Source: the human T2T-CHM13v2.0 reference genome, Homo sapiens. Taken from it: a DNA stretch of 64,000 nt. The stretch lies in NCBI RefSeq assembly GCF_009914755.1, contig NC_060944.1, one strand, 5' to 3'. The notes beneath the pieces are model-generated. The model had not been told where the DNA came from. It saw only the letters and a program-made list of their open reading frames with translations, and did not search any database. The position numbers and the translations under genes were made by a program. Positions 43,466 through 56,798 of the stretch are shown piece after piece (within the stretch, counting starts at the first letter, position 1; every line of letters starts with the position of its first letter).

Positions 43466-45663
43466 TTAATAATAAACAAATACGTTGATTGATTGATTGA
43501 CTGGTTGATTGATTTTGCCTTGAGCCCTCATACTTCTTACATTGCTTGGCAAGTAGCAATGTTCTACATTTTGTGAATGATTGTTATAGTAATGGTCTGG
43601 GCCCCACAATACAGACGGCAGCTGAATAATTTGACACTTTGGTAAGGAATAAATTTCTCCTTTCATTAATGACTGATTTATTCTATTTTCTTTATAGTAT
43701 AAATATTATCTGTGTTTCAAATTGTGTCTGAAAACTTACAGGCCAGCAAATGGTTGGGAGTGGGGAGCATGCATCACTTACAGCTACAGTGATTTTCTGT
43801 CTCTGACTCATCTTAAAAAGCCTTAATTGAGTATTTATTCTTATGCTGTGAGATCCAAGAAATCTTAACTGCCATTAAGCTGTCTACAGAAGCAAAACAA
43901 AATGGAGAATTAAGGCAATTATCAGCATGATATGAACCATAGAAAACATGTTTCCCTCAATCTGGATGTTTCGAGAGAACTTATTTTTGATCTAAATTAT
44001 CTGAGTAATTTCCCCTTCAGTTTTCATTTTATTTTGCACTGATAGACAATAATTTAGTATAGAAAGGGACAGCCCATAACATAGGGAATCAGCGTGCGAA
44101 GAAATTCATTATCCAGCATGTGTATGTCTGTATCTTCTATTTTTACTAAACTTTGTTGCCAGAGGAGACATTTAAAAAAACTGCTTTCTAAGGAATTGTT
44201 GAAAATTAACTGATTTACTGAAGTTGTGCTTTGATACCTGCCTGCCTTTTGACCTCAACTAAAATAACTCTTCAGTTTGAATTTCTTTTAGCTCCCCTTT
44301 TGGGCTGTAACTTTAGATCCAGCTTTCAAAAGCCAACAGGTAAATAAACAGGATATTAATCATCATACATTCATTTCAATGAGAATGCAGCCACAATCAG
44401 CATAAGCGTGGGCTATTTCTGAATTACATGAAAGCCAGCTCCCTAGGGTATGTCCAATATAACTGTGATAATGAGGAATTTGCAGGTGGACCTGCTGTTC
44501 TTGTGTACCTTATTAAGTGCCTTGTCAGGTCAATTGTATTTGTCTGATATCTTCAATCTCTTTCCCCTGAGATATTTTCCAGTAAGACTATTTATTAACT
44601 TTAACATTTCATATTCAAAGTAGCCCTCACCCCGGCCTCAACCACCACCAAGTTCTATCACATGAAGTAATGACAAAGAAGAACCTGGGTAAGTTGCTGC
44701 AAGGCTGGGCTGGCTGAGTTATTAGGCCTCTGTAGCTAACCAGGCCTGCATCTTCCTGATATATGAACATTTCAGCGGGCAAAGAATAGAATCCCCACGA
44801 GGATCTCAGATAACATCAGCCTTACCCATGTGTACCCCAATTACTCACCTCAAATGCTATCCCTCATCTATCACTTGGCTATAGATTCATCAGAAGAATT
44901 GAAAATCAAACAGAAATATTGTACAACTTTTTCAGGAAGTGATACAAGTAGACATGGAGGTTACAGCTAGTTTGACGCAGCCTAGGAAAAAAGGGTACTG
45001 GAATGCAAAAATATTCCCCATGTCTATGTCTCTAGCAGTCAAGACCTCAATTTTTCATTTTTGCTTTTAAAATCCCACTTGACTTCATCCTAACCTACCT
45101 ACCATCCTAACCCATATTCTCTGTCACTCCTCTCCATTGTGACCTTTCTGCCCAAATTGACTAATCTGTTTTTTGATCCCTGAAAAATCTCTGGGCTTTC
45201 CTCCCTCCAGGCCTCTACACATATCTTTTCCTTTGCCTGGAGTGCCCCTCGCTGCACTTGTGTTTGAGCCAATCTAATCCACACTTCACAGTCTAGCTCA
45301 GAAACCTTCTCAATAAAGTTCTCTCGTTTAGCACAGAGTAATTGCTTCCATCTCTGAATCCACTCAGCACAACTCACTCTTCTTTCTCTTTCTCATTCTT
45401 TCTAGATTTTTAATTCTTTTGATTATAGAATATCAACTTATACAAAAAAATAGGCATAAGCTTAAATTTATAGTTTGCTAGGTGGTTCAAAAAGGAATGC
45501 CTGTGTAACTACCCCAGGAGAAAAACTAGACTGTTGCCAGCACACAAGAAGCACCCCAGCGTCCTGGCCAATTGACAACCCCCTTCTTTTCCACCAGAGC
45601 TAACCTCTGCCCTTCATAGTTCATAGTTTTCCTATATGTGTGCATCCCTGAACAATACAGTTT

Positions 45664-46255
45664 AGTTGTATCTCTTTTTTTCTTTTAAAAACAATTATGT
45701 TTATTCAAAAAAGGCTAGATGAAATTAAATCAGGCTATTTTAATTGATTCATAATGCAATTTTAAAGATTAAAACCAAATATTGAAAGACTAAAATAGCC
45801 AAGAAATGCTGAATTGATTAGTAAATAATATGATTAGTTCAAAATGCTCTTATATTAATAACATAAAATCATTTTTTCTGCTGACATTGATTATAGCTAA
45901 GTTGACATTGTGAGAGTTAAATGCAGTTTATTGAAACCTGAAATAGTTAAGTTGCCTAGTCTAGTAATGGAGTTAAGGTCACTTTATTTGAAGGTACTAA
46001 GCTTACTGCATAAGTAAAGCTGGCAGAGTTATACTTGCTGTACTTGCAGTTACCAAATTTAAATGCCTTCCCTGGTGAAAGAGTGTTGGTTAAATGAGCC
46101 CTGTCAAATTTTTGATTCTGGCTGCCTCCATTGAAGTTGACCAAGCTTGTGGGTGGTGATGCCCCAGGCTTCCTTGTAGCTGAAGAAAACTGAAGAAATG
46201 AGGATACTACATTATAAGTAGAAGAGAATACAGTTGCAAAGAGACAGAAACCAAG

Positions 46256-46302
<47 letters not shown>

Positions 46303-46491
46303 CACACAAGGTGTTTTTAGGTGCCGTTTCAGAAGCATTGTGTCTGTGTATGTGTGAATCCTTGGTTTGTGTCTCTTTGCAACTTTTTTTAAAATTTTTT
46401 ATTTATTTTTATTATACTTTAAGTTCTAGGGTACATGTGCACAGCGTGCAGGTTTCTTACATATGTATAAATGTGAGTTGTATCTCTTTTT
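45664..46491 (-). mobile_element. Very short L1PA (L1PA4/5-like, 46384-46475) plus ~700 bp 3' transduction
   Basis: 16 bp TSD agttgtatctcttttt (45664-45679 / 46476-46491). L1PA 3' end attatactttaagttctagggtacatgtgcac. Minus-strand AATAAA at 45700-45705 upstream of a second A tail. Confidence 0.88.
46259..46308. repeat. (CA)n microsatellite
   Basis: Direct reading. Confidence 0.95.
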
Positions 46492-48352
46492 GAAGTGTAC
46501 ATTTTTTTATGTTCTACAAAAAAAGATAAAAACTAAATACTAACCACTCTAAAGCACATCAATACATTATGTATTTGGGGACTTTCCCCAGTCAATATTA
46601 CTTATAACGTTTAAGTTTATGGTGGTAGCTACAGTCCATTTATTTTTATTGTTGTATAATTTTCCACTGTGTACATATACTACAGTTTATTCATTGTATG
46701 GTTGGGAGATAGTTAGATTGCTTTAATGTTTAGCAAATATAAATATTCTTGCTGTGAATATTCTTTGACATACATTTCTTTCCACATCATCACACATTTA
46801 TATCGGACACATACACAGAACTGGAATTGTTAGGTCATAGGTAAGCATTACCTACTTTTATCAGACTTCTACATTTTGGCAACCTGGTGGTCCTGTATCT
46901 TACTGCATTTATCTAATTACTCTGAAGCCAAGCATTTTTCTGGATGACTTTAGGCATCTGGATTTCATTCGACTGAAGTGCTTTTTCAAGCACTTTTCTT
47001 TAGGATGGTCAACCTTCTTTTCTCATTGTGAGAAAAATTGTGAGGCAAGAATTCTCTCTATAGCCTGGATACTATTTCAGTCAATTTCGTGTTTGTAAAA
47101 GTCTTCAGTGATTCCTATGGCTTGTCTTTTCCATTTCTTCTGGATGTTTTTGAAGAAAAGCTCTTCGTTTTGAATTTATTAATCTTTTTTATGTTTAACA
47201 CTTAAAAGTATTTTCCTATATAAGGAAATGGCAATATTCCCCTATATTGTCGTCTAATTATTTTAGGTATTTAATCCACTTAGTATCCACATCATAGTAC
47301 AGTACAGGTAGTGGTATATTTTATTTTGTACATAGCTATTCCGTTTTTTCCAGCATAATATATTGAAAAGACTGACCTTTCCCCATCAGCTTCTGTGCTC
47401 TTTCTGCTGTATATTAAAGACCTATATATGTGTTAGTTTCTGTCCACTTGTATGTTTGTCTACATCTGTGTAATTTCTGGTGTGCTGATTATTTAAAATA
47501 TATCTTAATATTTGGCAGAGCAAGTCTTACCTTTTAGTTTTTGTTTTTTTGAAAGCCTTTTGACTATTCTTGGCCTATGTTATTGCCACATAAGTCTTAG
47601 AATTAGTTTGTCTGCTTCACAAACAATCTTGCCTGGGTTTTGATTAGGATTGCCTTAACTGTATATAAATTTGATGAGAATTTTATAAAAATATTGGGCT
47701 TTATAATTCACGAACAATGTATATAATTCATTTAAGTTATTTTTAGTGTCTCTCAATAGAGCTTTATAATTTTTTTTGTAAAAACCTTGCATATCTTTTG
47801 TGAGAATTATTTCCAGGTGATAGATTATTTTTGATACTACTGTAAATAATGTATTTTAATCTAATTTTCTAAATATCTGTTATTTTTATGTATTGATTTT
47901 GTACAAGTTTTGTATGCATAGCCTTGGTAAACTTTCTTATCAATTTGATAAGTTTTTCTGTACATTATTTTGGAAGTTATATGAATATAATCATACTATC
48001 TTTGAAAAATGACAATTTGATTCTCCAGTTCCAATTCTATTACCATTTAGTTTTACTTGCCTTATTGCACTTATTTCCAGTGAAACAGTAAAGACTGAGT
48101 TTGGCATGGTTGTTTGGTTTCCAGTAAAAAAAAAAAAAAAAAAAAGAAACGGTGAAACTTTCATCATTTTATAATTTTCAAAATTAGGGATGATATTTGC
48201 TCTGTAAGCTTAGTAGAAAACATTTATTTCAGGCTAGGTTCCTTCTCTTCATAGTCTGCTGAGGGTTTCTGACATCGTTTGCTGAATTGTATTAAATACA
48301 TTTTCTGGATCTATTGAGGTTGTGTTTTTTTCTCCTAATGTGCTAATGAACT

Positions 48353-48985
48353 TGTGAAGAGCTGAGCCAGACTGAGAGCTGAGCTGCCAGGGGTTCGAGT
48401 GGCCATGAAGAAAATAAGCCAAAATGAAAGTAACAGTCAAGATTTTCGTCAATAGTGCAATACTATAAGCAAGATGCTCAACTGGGGAAAGCACTGACTT
48501 CCCTAGTGTTCCATTGTTCATTTGGAATGGCACCATCCATGGTCAGATAGATCAGCATAGACATGATGAATCTCCTTATTGCTAAGAAAGTTCTAAACAA
48601 AAAGCTCCTTCTGTTTTATGGACCATAAACAGGAGAATGGGAAGGTTAGTAATGGAAGGTATTGAGTACTGAGTCAGAGTGAAAAAAGAGTATCCTCAAA
48701 GTTCCTCCCTCTACCATAATAAGGAGGTCTCAGCACCTGAGAAAAATGTCTTCTGAAGACCCCCAAATAGGAGGCCTCTGAATGTAGGTACCAGGACTAA
48801 GAATGCAGACATGAGTAAGAACATGGCCAGCTGATGGCACCTGAGTCCCTGACTGCAATACTCTTCAAAGACTGCAGTGCATTGGCTGTGCACCAAAGTA
48901 GGTGTGGGGAAGGTGGTTTTCCCTGCTGAGGCCTCTCAGGTAAACGTTTGGTAATCACCTATGGTCAGGCTTGAAGGATCACACA
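48353..48985. mobile_element. Probable ancient ERV solo LTR (family unassigned, possibly ERVL)
   Basis: ~630 bp GC-richer block interrupting L1ME with TG...CA ends. Confidence 0.45.
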
Positions 48986-49904
48986 TAGGTTTTCAGGCAG
49001 TATCGAGAGTCCTTAGTGATGAATGAAGATGACTGTGTTTAATGCCAAACTAAATTTGAATTCCTGGATGAACCCAGTAGTAACATGATACAATTGATGT
49101 TTTTAAATAGTATTGTTATGTTTATTTTAATGTGTCAGTAATATTTTGTTTAGGGCTCTTGTATTATTGCTTGTTGATGGAAAATCAATGGACTTTTGTA
49201 TATTAAATTTGTATCCCGCATCTTTGCTACAATTGCTTATTATTTCCAGAATTTTTTTTTGTCAATTCTCAGATTTTCCACGGAGATGATCATAGCATGT
49301 ATGAGCAAAGACAGCTTTATTTCTTCCTTTCCAATTTGTATACCCTTATTTCCTTTTCTTGTCTTATTACATTAACTAGTACTTCTAGTACAGTGTTGAA
49401 AAAGAGTGGTGAGAGGGGCCATCTTTGCCTTCTTGACATTAGCAGAAAAGCTTTGAGTAGATAATACAATTTTGTTTCTTTTTTCTAGTTTTCTTTTTAA
49501 ATTCTGCTATCCTGTTTTATAGGGTTTTGTCCTCTGCAGATATTTTTAAGTTTTTCATTTATTCTTATAAACAGGGTAAGCATAGCTCTTTTAAAATGTG
49601 TTCTACAAATCCCAGTGTCTGAAGTGTGTGCAGATCTCTTTCTGCTGTCTGCCATGCTAGTTCTGGCCATGTTATTTCCTTTCTTAATGCATCTGCTTAT
49701 ATATGACTGCTTCTTGGCCATTGCCCTTAAAAATAACTTGGGAAGATTCCTTGAGGTCTAAAATATACCTCCTACAAAGAATGGGGCACTGTCAGTCTGG
49801 GACTACTTCAGTCAAATTTGGTGACTTAAATTCCATCACCAGTCCAGGCTCTGAGTTCAAATACATGAAAGAGCCAATCAATGTCCACAATCGCTCAAGA
49901 AATT

Positions 49905-49980
49905 TTCCTCTTTCCTTCCTTCCTTCCTTCCTCCCTTCCTTCTTTCCTTTCTTTCTTTCTTTCTCTTTATTTTTTTTTCT
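49905..49980. repeat. (TTCC)n/(TTTC)n polypyrimidine tract
   Basis: Direct reading. Confidence 0.9.
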
Positions 49981-50429
49981 GTCCTGCCCACTCATCACCA
50001 CAGAAAACTTCTCTATTATCCCCTCGGATTTGGGGCTTGTGGTGGAATATAGGTTATAATTAGTTCAGCCTTCTTTCAAAATGTAGCGTTCTGAAGCTTC
50101 AAAAGGAAGTGTTTCTTATAAGACTCCCACCTTGGGTAGGCCATGGACATTGACTTCTGTTCCTCTCACCACCTATAGCTCTGAATTGAAACCCATGTGT
50201 GCAGTATTGACCAGTGACTTCAGGACATAAGTATCTTTGTTACCTTAATATTCCACTTGTGTCTAGTTACAGGCTTCCACTCAAGTGTATTCCAACATTG
50301 TTCATATTTTATTAAGAAGTCTGATCTGAATAAATTTGCCCACCATTATTCTAAATCAAGACCCAGGAGAAATTTTCTCTAATGATATTTTGACAAACAC
50401 GTATATACTGTGTGGGGAGGTGGAGGGCT

Positions 50430-50625
50430 ATAGTAAGAAGAGCAGGCTTTAATCTTCGTTCCACCATTTGCCAGCCATGTAACTTTGGACAAGTCAGTGA
50501 AGACATTCAAACCTTGGTTTACTCATCTATAATATAAGGAATATAGAATTAGTGACAATAAATACAAAGCATAGCTTTGTATACAAATTATGTATACAAA
50601 TACATAGCTCTTACCATTATTATTT
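50430..50625 (+). mobile_element. MIR
   Basis: ccaccatttgccagccatgtaactttggacaagtca..ctcatctataa. Confidence 0.65.
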
Positions 50626-51340
50626 TCATGTCTCCATGACATTTTTATATGTTCTTGACTTGAACTTTAATTAACTTTTGGATTAATAATTTGTCTGTTT
50701 TAACATCTTGCTTTCTTAAGGACAATGGAATATCTTAAATTGTTTTTTATAATCCTCTGTATTAGCTAGCATAGAGTAAGTACTTATTAATTTTTTCAGT
50801 TTGTTCAATACATCCAGACACTTGCTGGTCTGTTATGAAAGAGTATGAAACTTTTTGAGTGATTATGTGCAAGGATTCTCAATCACTTGCCATCACAATA
50901 GCCATTTTCACTTTCTTTATAGCACTTGTCACTATTTGAAATTATATTTCTCTATTATATATTTACTTGTTTGTTCCAAATAGAATATTAATTTTCCTCC
51001 CTAAAATTTCGGATCTATCACAAAGTGGGTGTTTAATGGATATGTATTGAATTAAAAAAAGAATAAATTTTACAGGAATCAAGGAGTGGGAGCTTTTTGT
51101 GACATTGACTTTTCATTGGTATTTGTCATCTTTCTCAGCTCCTATACTTCTGGAAAATATTTATTCTTAATTTGGCTAATTGTTTTATTTATTGAGAATA
51201 TAAACTTTCCCTGAAGGCTAAAGTTTGGCCCAAAGAGTGAGGAAAATCAGCTGTTACCTGTGACATGGGTTAAAAATCTTCTTACAAAATGAGAAGTGAT
51301 TACACATGTAGGGCTTTTTCATTACATTAAAACAATAACA

Positions 51341-52860
51341 GTCCTGGGAATACTGACTATCGAAAGGCAGAAGAAGGAGACTAGACACCTATCTCTCGCT
51401 ACATACAAAAATCAGCTCAAATGATTAAAGGCTTAAATAAGAGGCTCAAAACTATGAAACTACCAGAAGAAGACACACAGGAAATGCTTTAAGACATTGG
51501 CCTGGGCAAGGACTTTTAAAATAAGACCTCAAAAGCACAGGCAACAGAAACAAAAGTAGACAAATAAGACTACATTAAACTAAAAACCTTTTTCACAGCA
51601 AAGGAAAAACAGAGTAAAGAGACAACCTACAGAATGGGAAATAAGATTTGTAAACTATACATCTGACAAGGAGCTGATACCAAGAATATGTAAGGAACTT
51701 AAACAATTCAAGAGCAAAACAACAAATAGTCCAATTAAAAGTGGGCAAAAGACGTTAATAGACATTCCTTAAAAGAAGGCATTCAAATAGCCAATAGGTA
51801 CATGAAAAAGTGCTCAGCATCTCTAATCATCAGGAAAACACAAATCTAAACCACCATCAGATACCACCTCACTCCAGTGAGAATGGCTATAATTAAAAAT
51901 ACTTTTTAAAACCCACAAGTGTTGGCTAAAATGTAGAGAAAAGGGAACACTTACACACTGTTGGTGGGCTTGTCCTCGAGAAAACGTAGTTTTCATAATT
52001 TTAATTTGACAAAATTTTTAAAATCCTGGAAATAGTAAATATGTTACCCTTCAATAAACAACAACTGATTAATAGCTTGGGTAAGAGTTCAGTACATACT
52101 TCTAGCTACACAGGAGGTTCCTCAAAAAAAAAAATATAGAAATACAATATAATCCAGCAATCCCATTACTTGTATACTGTATATTCAAAGGAAATGAAAT
52201 CAGTATGTTGAAGAAATATCTACATTCCCATGTTTATTGCAGCCCTGTTCACAACAGCCAAGATATAGAATCAACCCAAATATCTAAAAATGGATGAATG
52301 GATAAAGAAAATGTGGTATATCTATTAATCAACAATGAAAAACTATTTGGCTATTAGAAAAAATGAAATCCTGTCATTTGGGACAACATGGATGGATCTG
52401 GAGGACAGAACAAATACCTCATCTGTGGAATCTAAAAAAAACAAAAAACGACAACAACAGAAAATATTTTAAGAGGTGTTTTTTTGTTTGTTTGTTTTTT
52501 GTTTGTTTGTTTTATCACAGAAGCAGAGAGTAGAACAGTGGTTACCAGAGATGGGAGGAGTTGGGGAGAAGAGAATGGGAGAGATTGGTCAATGCATACA
52601 AAATTGCAATTAAAATAGATGAATAAGATCTGGGATTCTATTGCACAGATAAACAATAAGATATGATATATTACAAAATAGCAAGAAGATAAGCTTTTGA
52701 ATGTCCTCAACAAAAAGCAATGATGAATACGTGAGGTGATGGTCACACTGAATGTCTGGATTTGATCATTTATACCACATGTATATGTATCAAAGTGTTA
52801 AAATTTACCCCAAAGTTATGTATAATTATGATGTATCAATTTGAAAACAAAATAAAAAAT
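51341..52860 (+). mobile_element. 5'-truncated L1MA containing a 143 bp non-L1 insert
   Basis: ORF2 C-terminus and 3'UTR; TSD (att)aaaacaataaca at 51326-51340 / 52859-52873 with a TT/AAAA endonuclease site. Confidence 0.92.
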
Positions 52861-53369
52861 TAAAACAATAACATGATTCAGGTACTAATGTTTACCCACA
52901 GTAAAAGTAACATTTTATTACTTTATCATAACATGTATATTGATATTTGAAAGAGAAGAAAATAATAACACTATGTAGCTAGAAGTATGCACTGAACTAA
53001 CTCTTTCCCAAGCTATTAATCAGTTGTTCATTGAAGGGTAACATATTTACTATTTCCAGGGTTTTGAAATTTTTGTTAAATTAAATCTATGAAAGCTATG
53101 TTTTCTTGTGGACAAAGACAAGAGATGCTTCCCTTTTATCCTCTTCTAAGAATGCCCTAATATTGTCTCTAGGATTTACCACTTTGGCACGTTAGTTATA
53201 TTGTTTGAGCATAAATTGCTAAGATGTAACAGAAAACTGTAGCTTTGAAGGTCCTACATAAGGCCCACAATATACTATGGAAGCCTCTTCTTGGTTCAGA
53301 AATTCTCTCCTGACCAGAAGATCCAGGAATGATATAATGAGAAAGTGTCATAAAAGTGGGGGAAGAGTG

Positions 53370-53422
53370 ACACAAAAACCAGCTGCAACCCATCCTATCT
53401 AGGTTGCAGCTGGTTTTTGTGT
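53370..53422. repeat. Perfect 21 bp inverted repeat with 11 nt loop
   Basis: acacaaaaaccagctgcaacc / ggttgcagctggtttttgtgt. Confidence 0.97.
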
Positions 53423-54679
53423 TAGATGCGTATGTCAGAGGTTTTTTTTTTCAGTCAGTGTACATCAAATGTGCTGTGAATAAAAGAATGAGGTACATGG
53501 CTTCCATTTCTATTACTCTCCACTCTGTAATAGAAAAGCTGAAATTATATCAAGGTTCCATAAATTCCCACAGTTCTAGAACTCGGACTGACATCTTTAA
53601 CTTGGAGTATAATTATTTAGTTCAGGCTTTGTCACCTAGTTGATTATAAATACTTAATGCGTACAGAGATGTTTAATATTTGCATTAGAGTCTTTAGTTT
53701 GCAAAGATCTTCACAAATATCTAATCTTCAGAGCAGCTCTTCCCTAGTTAATCTGAACTCAAAGCTGCTTAGGTTATAGGTATTTTAGTATTTTCAACCC
53801 AGGGAAAATATACCAGTTTCCTTTTAGGAACCCTTTAAACTACCTAACTGCAACCTTTATTATTATTATTATTATTATTTTGCAGGGGAGAAATAGTTGG
53901 GAAGAAAAGGTTAGTCTATAGTGTTATTCCCATAATCAATTAGAGATAAATCAAAACCCCTGCTCCTGTCAAGACAAATATGTTTCTCTTTAGTTGTGAT
54001 TTCTCTTGTGTCAGTGGCAGGAAAAGAATCATACAAACCACATACACATGAATTTCTGTTCCAGTATGAGCAGTCCAATTACAGAACCTGCCCACTCTTT
54101 GTACCAGTTTCTCTATCAAAGGTCCTGACTTTGAAGGTTGGTGATTCGCTCACTATGCAAGATTATCTTTTTCATTGCATGGTTTCTTCTTTAGTGAAAA
54201 ATCTCTGTTTCTGAGCAAATGTCATTTCTTGTATTAAACTTTATAGCTACCCCTCTGTGATGTGATATTCCATTTCGCTGGAATCACTTGTATATTTTTT
54301 TATTATGTCCTCTCCCAGGAAGCTCATCTAAATCACAGTACCTCACCAAGATTTGTTTCTCTCATAATTGTTCCTACTTAATTACTGTGTGCACATTGGA
54401 CCCTTCCAATGTGCTGAGCCGGTCTTAGAGATGAGAGGATGAACTATGAAAATAAGATTTAGCATATGAAGAGAATAAGGCTGAATTAGAATGGGAGAGG
54501 GAATGTGTTTGTATATGTGTGTATATTTATATATGTATGTATATGTATAGATTATACACATACATATATACTTTGTAAATGAGAAATTTATACTCTTTTG
54601 CAAAGCAAATGCAGTTGACCATGTGTAGATCTTAAGGCAATTTTTTCTGGGACGACAGCATATATGGTATTATATTAAT

Positions 54680-55417
54680 TTTTTAAATATATTTTCAACT
54701 TCTTATTTTAGATTCAGGAGGTACACGTGCAGATTTGTTAAATGGGCACATTGCATGATGCTGAGGTCTGGGATACAATTGATCCTGTCATCCAAATAGT
54801 GAGCATCACACCTAACAGGAAGCTCCGCTTCCTTCCCCACCCCCAGTAGTCCCCAGTGTCTACTGTTGTCATCTTTATGTCCATGAGTACCCAATATTTA
54901 GCTCTCACATGTAAGTGAGAACATGGAGTATTAGGTTTTCTATTCCTGTGTTAATTCACTTAGTATAATGGCCTCCAGCTGCATCCATGTTGCTGCAAAG
55001 TACAAGATTTCATTCTTTTTATGGCTGGGTAATATTCCATGGTGTATATGTACCACATTTTCTTTATCCAATCCACTGTTGATGGGCATCTATGTTGATT
55101 CCATGACTTTGCTATTGTGAATAGTGCTGCAATGAACATACAAGTACTTATGTCTTTGTGGTAGAATGATTTACTTTCTTTTGGATACATACCAAGTAAT
55201 AGGATTGCTGGATTAAATGGTAATTCTGTTTCAAGTTCTTTGAGAAATCTCCAACCTGCTTTCCACAATGGCTGAACTAATTTACCGTTCCACAAGCACT
55301 GTATAAACATCCCCTTTTCTCTGCAGCCTCACCAGCATCTGTTGTTTTTTGACTTTTTAGTAGCAGTTGTTCTGACTGGTGTGAGATGGTAGCTCATCGT
55401 GCTTTTGATTTGCATGG
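54680..55417 (-). mobile_element. Old L1PA (L1PA16-like) 3' fragment
   Basis: KLVQPLWK..LPFNPAILLLG..MFIAALFTIAK on minus; 3'UTR. Confidence 0.9.
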
Positions 55418-55902
55418 CTCACATTTTTAAAGGAATTTGTAATAAATAAACACTTGCAAGTACCTAACAACTTGAATTTAAAATATATGAAGTAAAAATG
55501 GTCAGAATTGTAGGGAAAAGTTGACAAATCTATAATCATCACAAGATATTTTAGCACATCTCTCCGAAAATCTGATAGATCAAGCTTATAAAAAAATGTA
55601 AAAAGAGAGAAGATATGAATGACTCATGTAATAGTTACTTAACATACATAATGAATGGTATAAATCAAATTACTGCATCTATCTTAGTGCTACAGGCATA
55701 ACTTGTAATAGATATTTAAATGTAAAGTATTACTTATTGAAAAGTGAAATAGCAAAGATGTTTTCTCTACATGACTCCCAACTAAAGTTTGTTTCTTTGT
55801 GTTTTTATCTTTCCTTTTACATGTAGCCAAAAATCACGGTTTCTTTAGGAAAAAAATAAATCAGCAAAATTGGTTCATTAACATTCATAAAGAGCTTAGT
55901 CT

Positions 55903-56208
55903 AGGCCAAGCGCGGTGGCTCACGCCCGTAATCTCAGCACTTTAGGAGGCCAAGGTGGGCAGATCACCTGAGGTCAGGAGTTCAAGACCAGCCTGGCCAA
56001 CATGGTGAAACCCCACCTCTACTAAAAATACAAAAATTAGCTGGGTGTGGTGACCCATGCTACTCGGGAGGCTGAGGTAGGAGAATCATCTGAGCCTGGG
56101 AGGCAGAGGTTGCAGTGATCTGAGATTTCTGTCGCCCAGGTTTGAGCCACTGCACTCAAGCCTGGGCAATAGAGCAAGACTCTGTCTCTAAAAAAGAAAA
56201 AAAAAAAG
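55903..56208 (+). mobile_element. AluSx-like with internal inverted micro-insertion
   Basis: TSD aaagagc[t/c]tagtcta. Confidence 0.93.
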
Positions 56209-56339
56209 AGCCTAGTCTAACTTGGTTAGAAAGAATCTATTCAATCTTTTTTTTTTTTTTTTTTAAGTGCCATCTAAACAGAACCCATCTCAGTGGCATG
56301 TTGTTGCCCTGGCCATTATGTATACCCTAAAGAATTATA

Positions 56340-56798
<459 letters not shown>

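Larger units (their letters stand above)
45400..49800 (-). mobile_element. Ancient L1ME-type element, fragmented, hosting later insertions
   Basis: Degraded 3'UTR (45400-45680), ORF2 (46490-48345) and ORF1-like sequence near 49500-49720. Confidence 0.6.

Noticed and set aside
45956-46309. 117 aa minus ORF in the transduced segment as a possible retrogene
   Set aside because: Starts in a (TG)n repeat with a non-ATG start and has no recognisable homology; the structure fits 3' transduction rather than a processed mRNA.
48823-48841. CTCF-like TGGCCAGCTGATGGCAC
   Set aside because: Mismatch at the highly conserved core AG and no CpG-retaining context.
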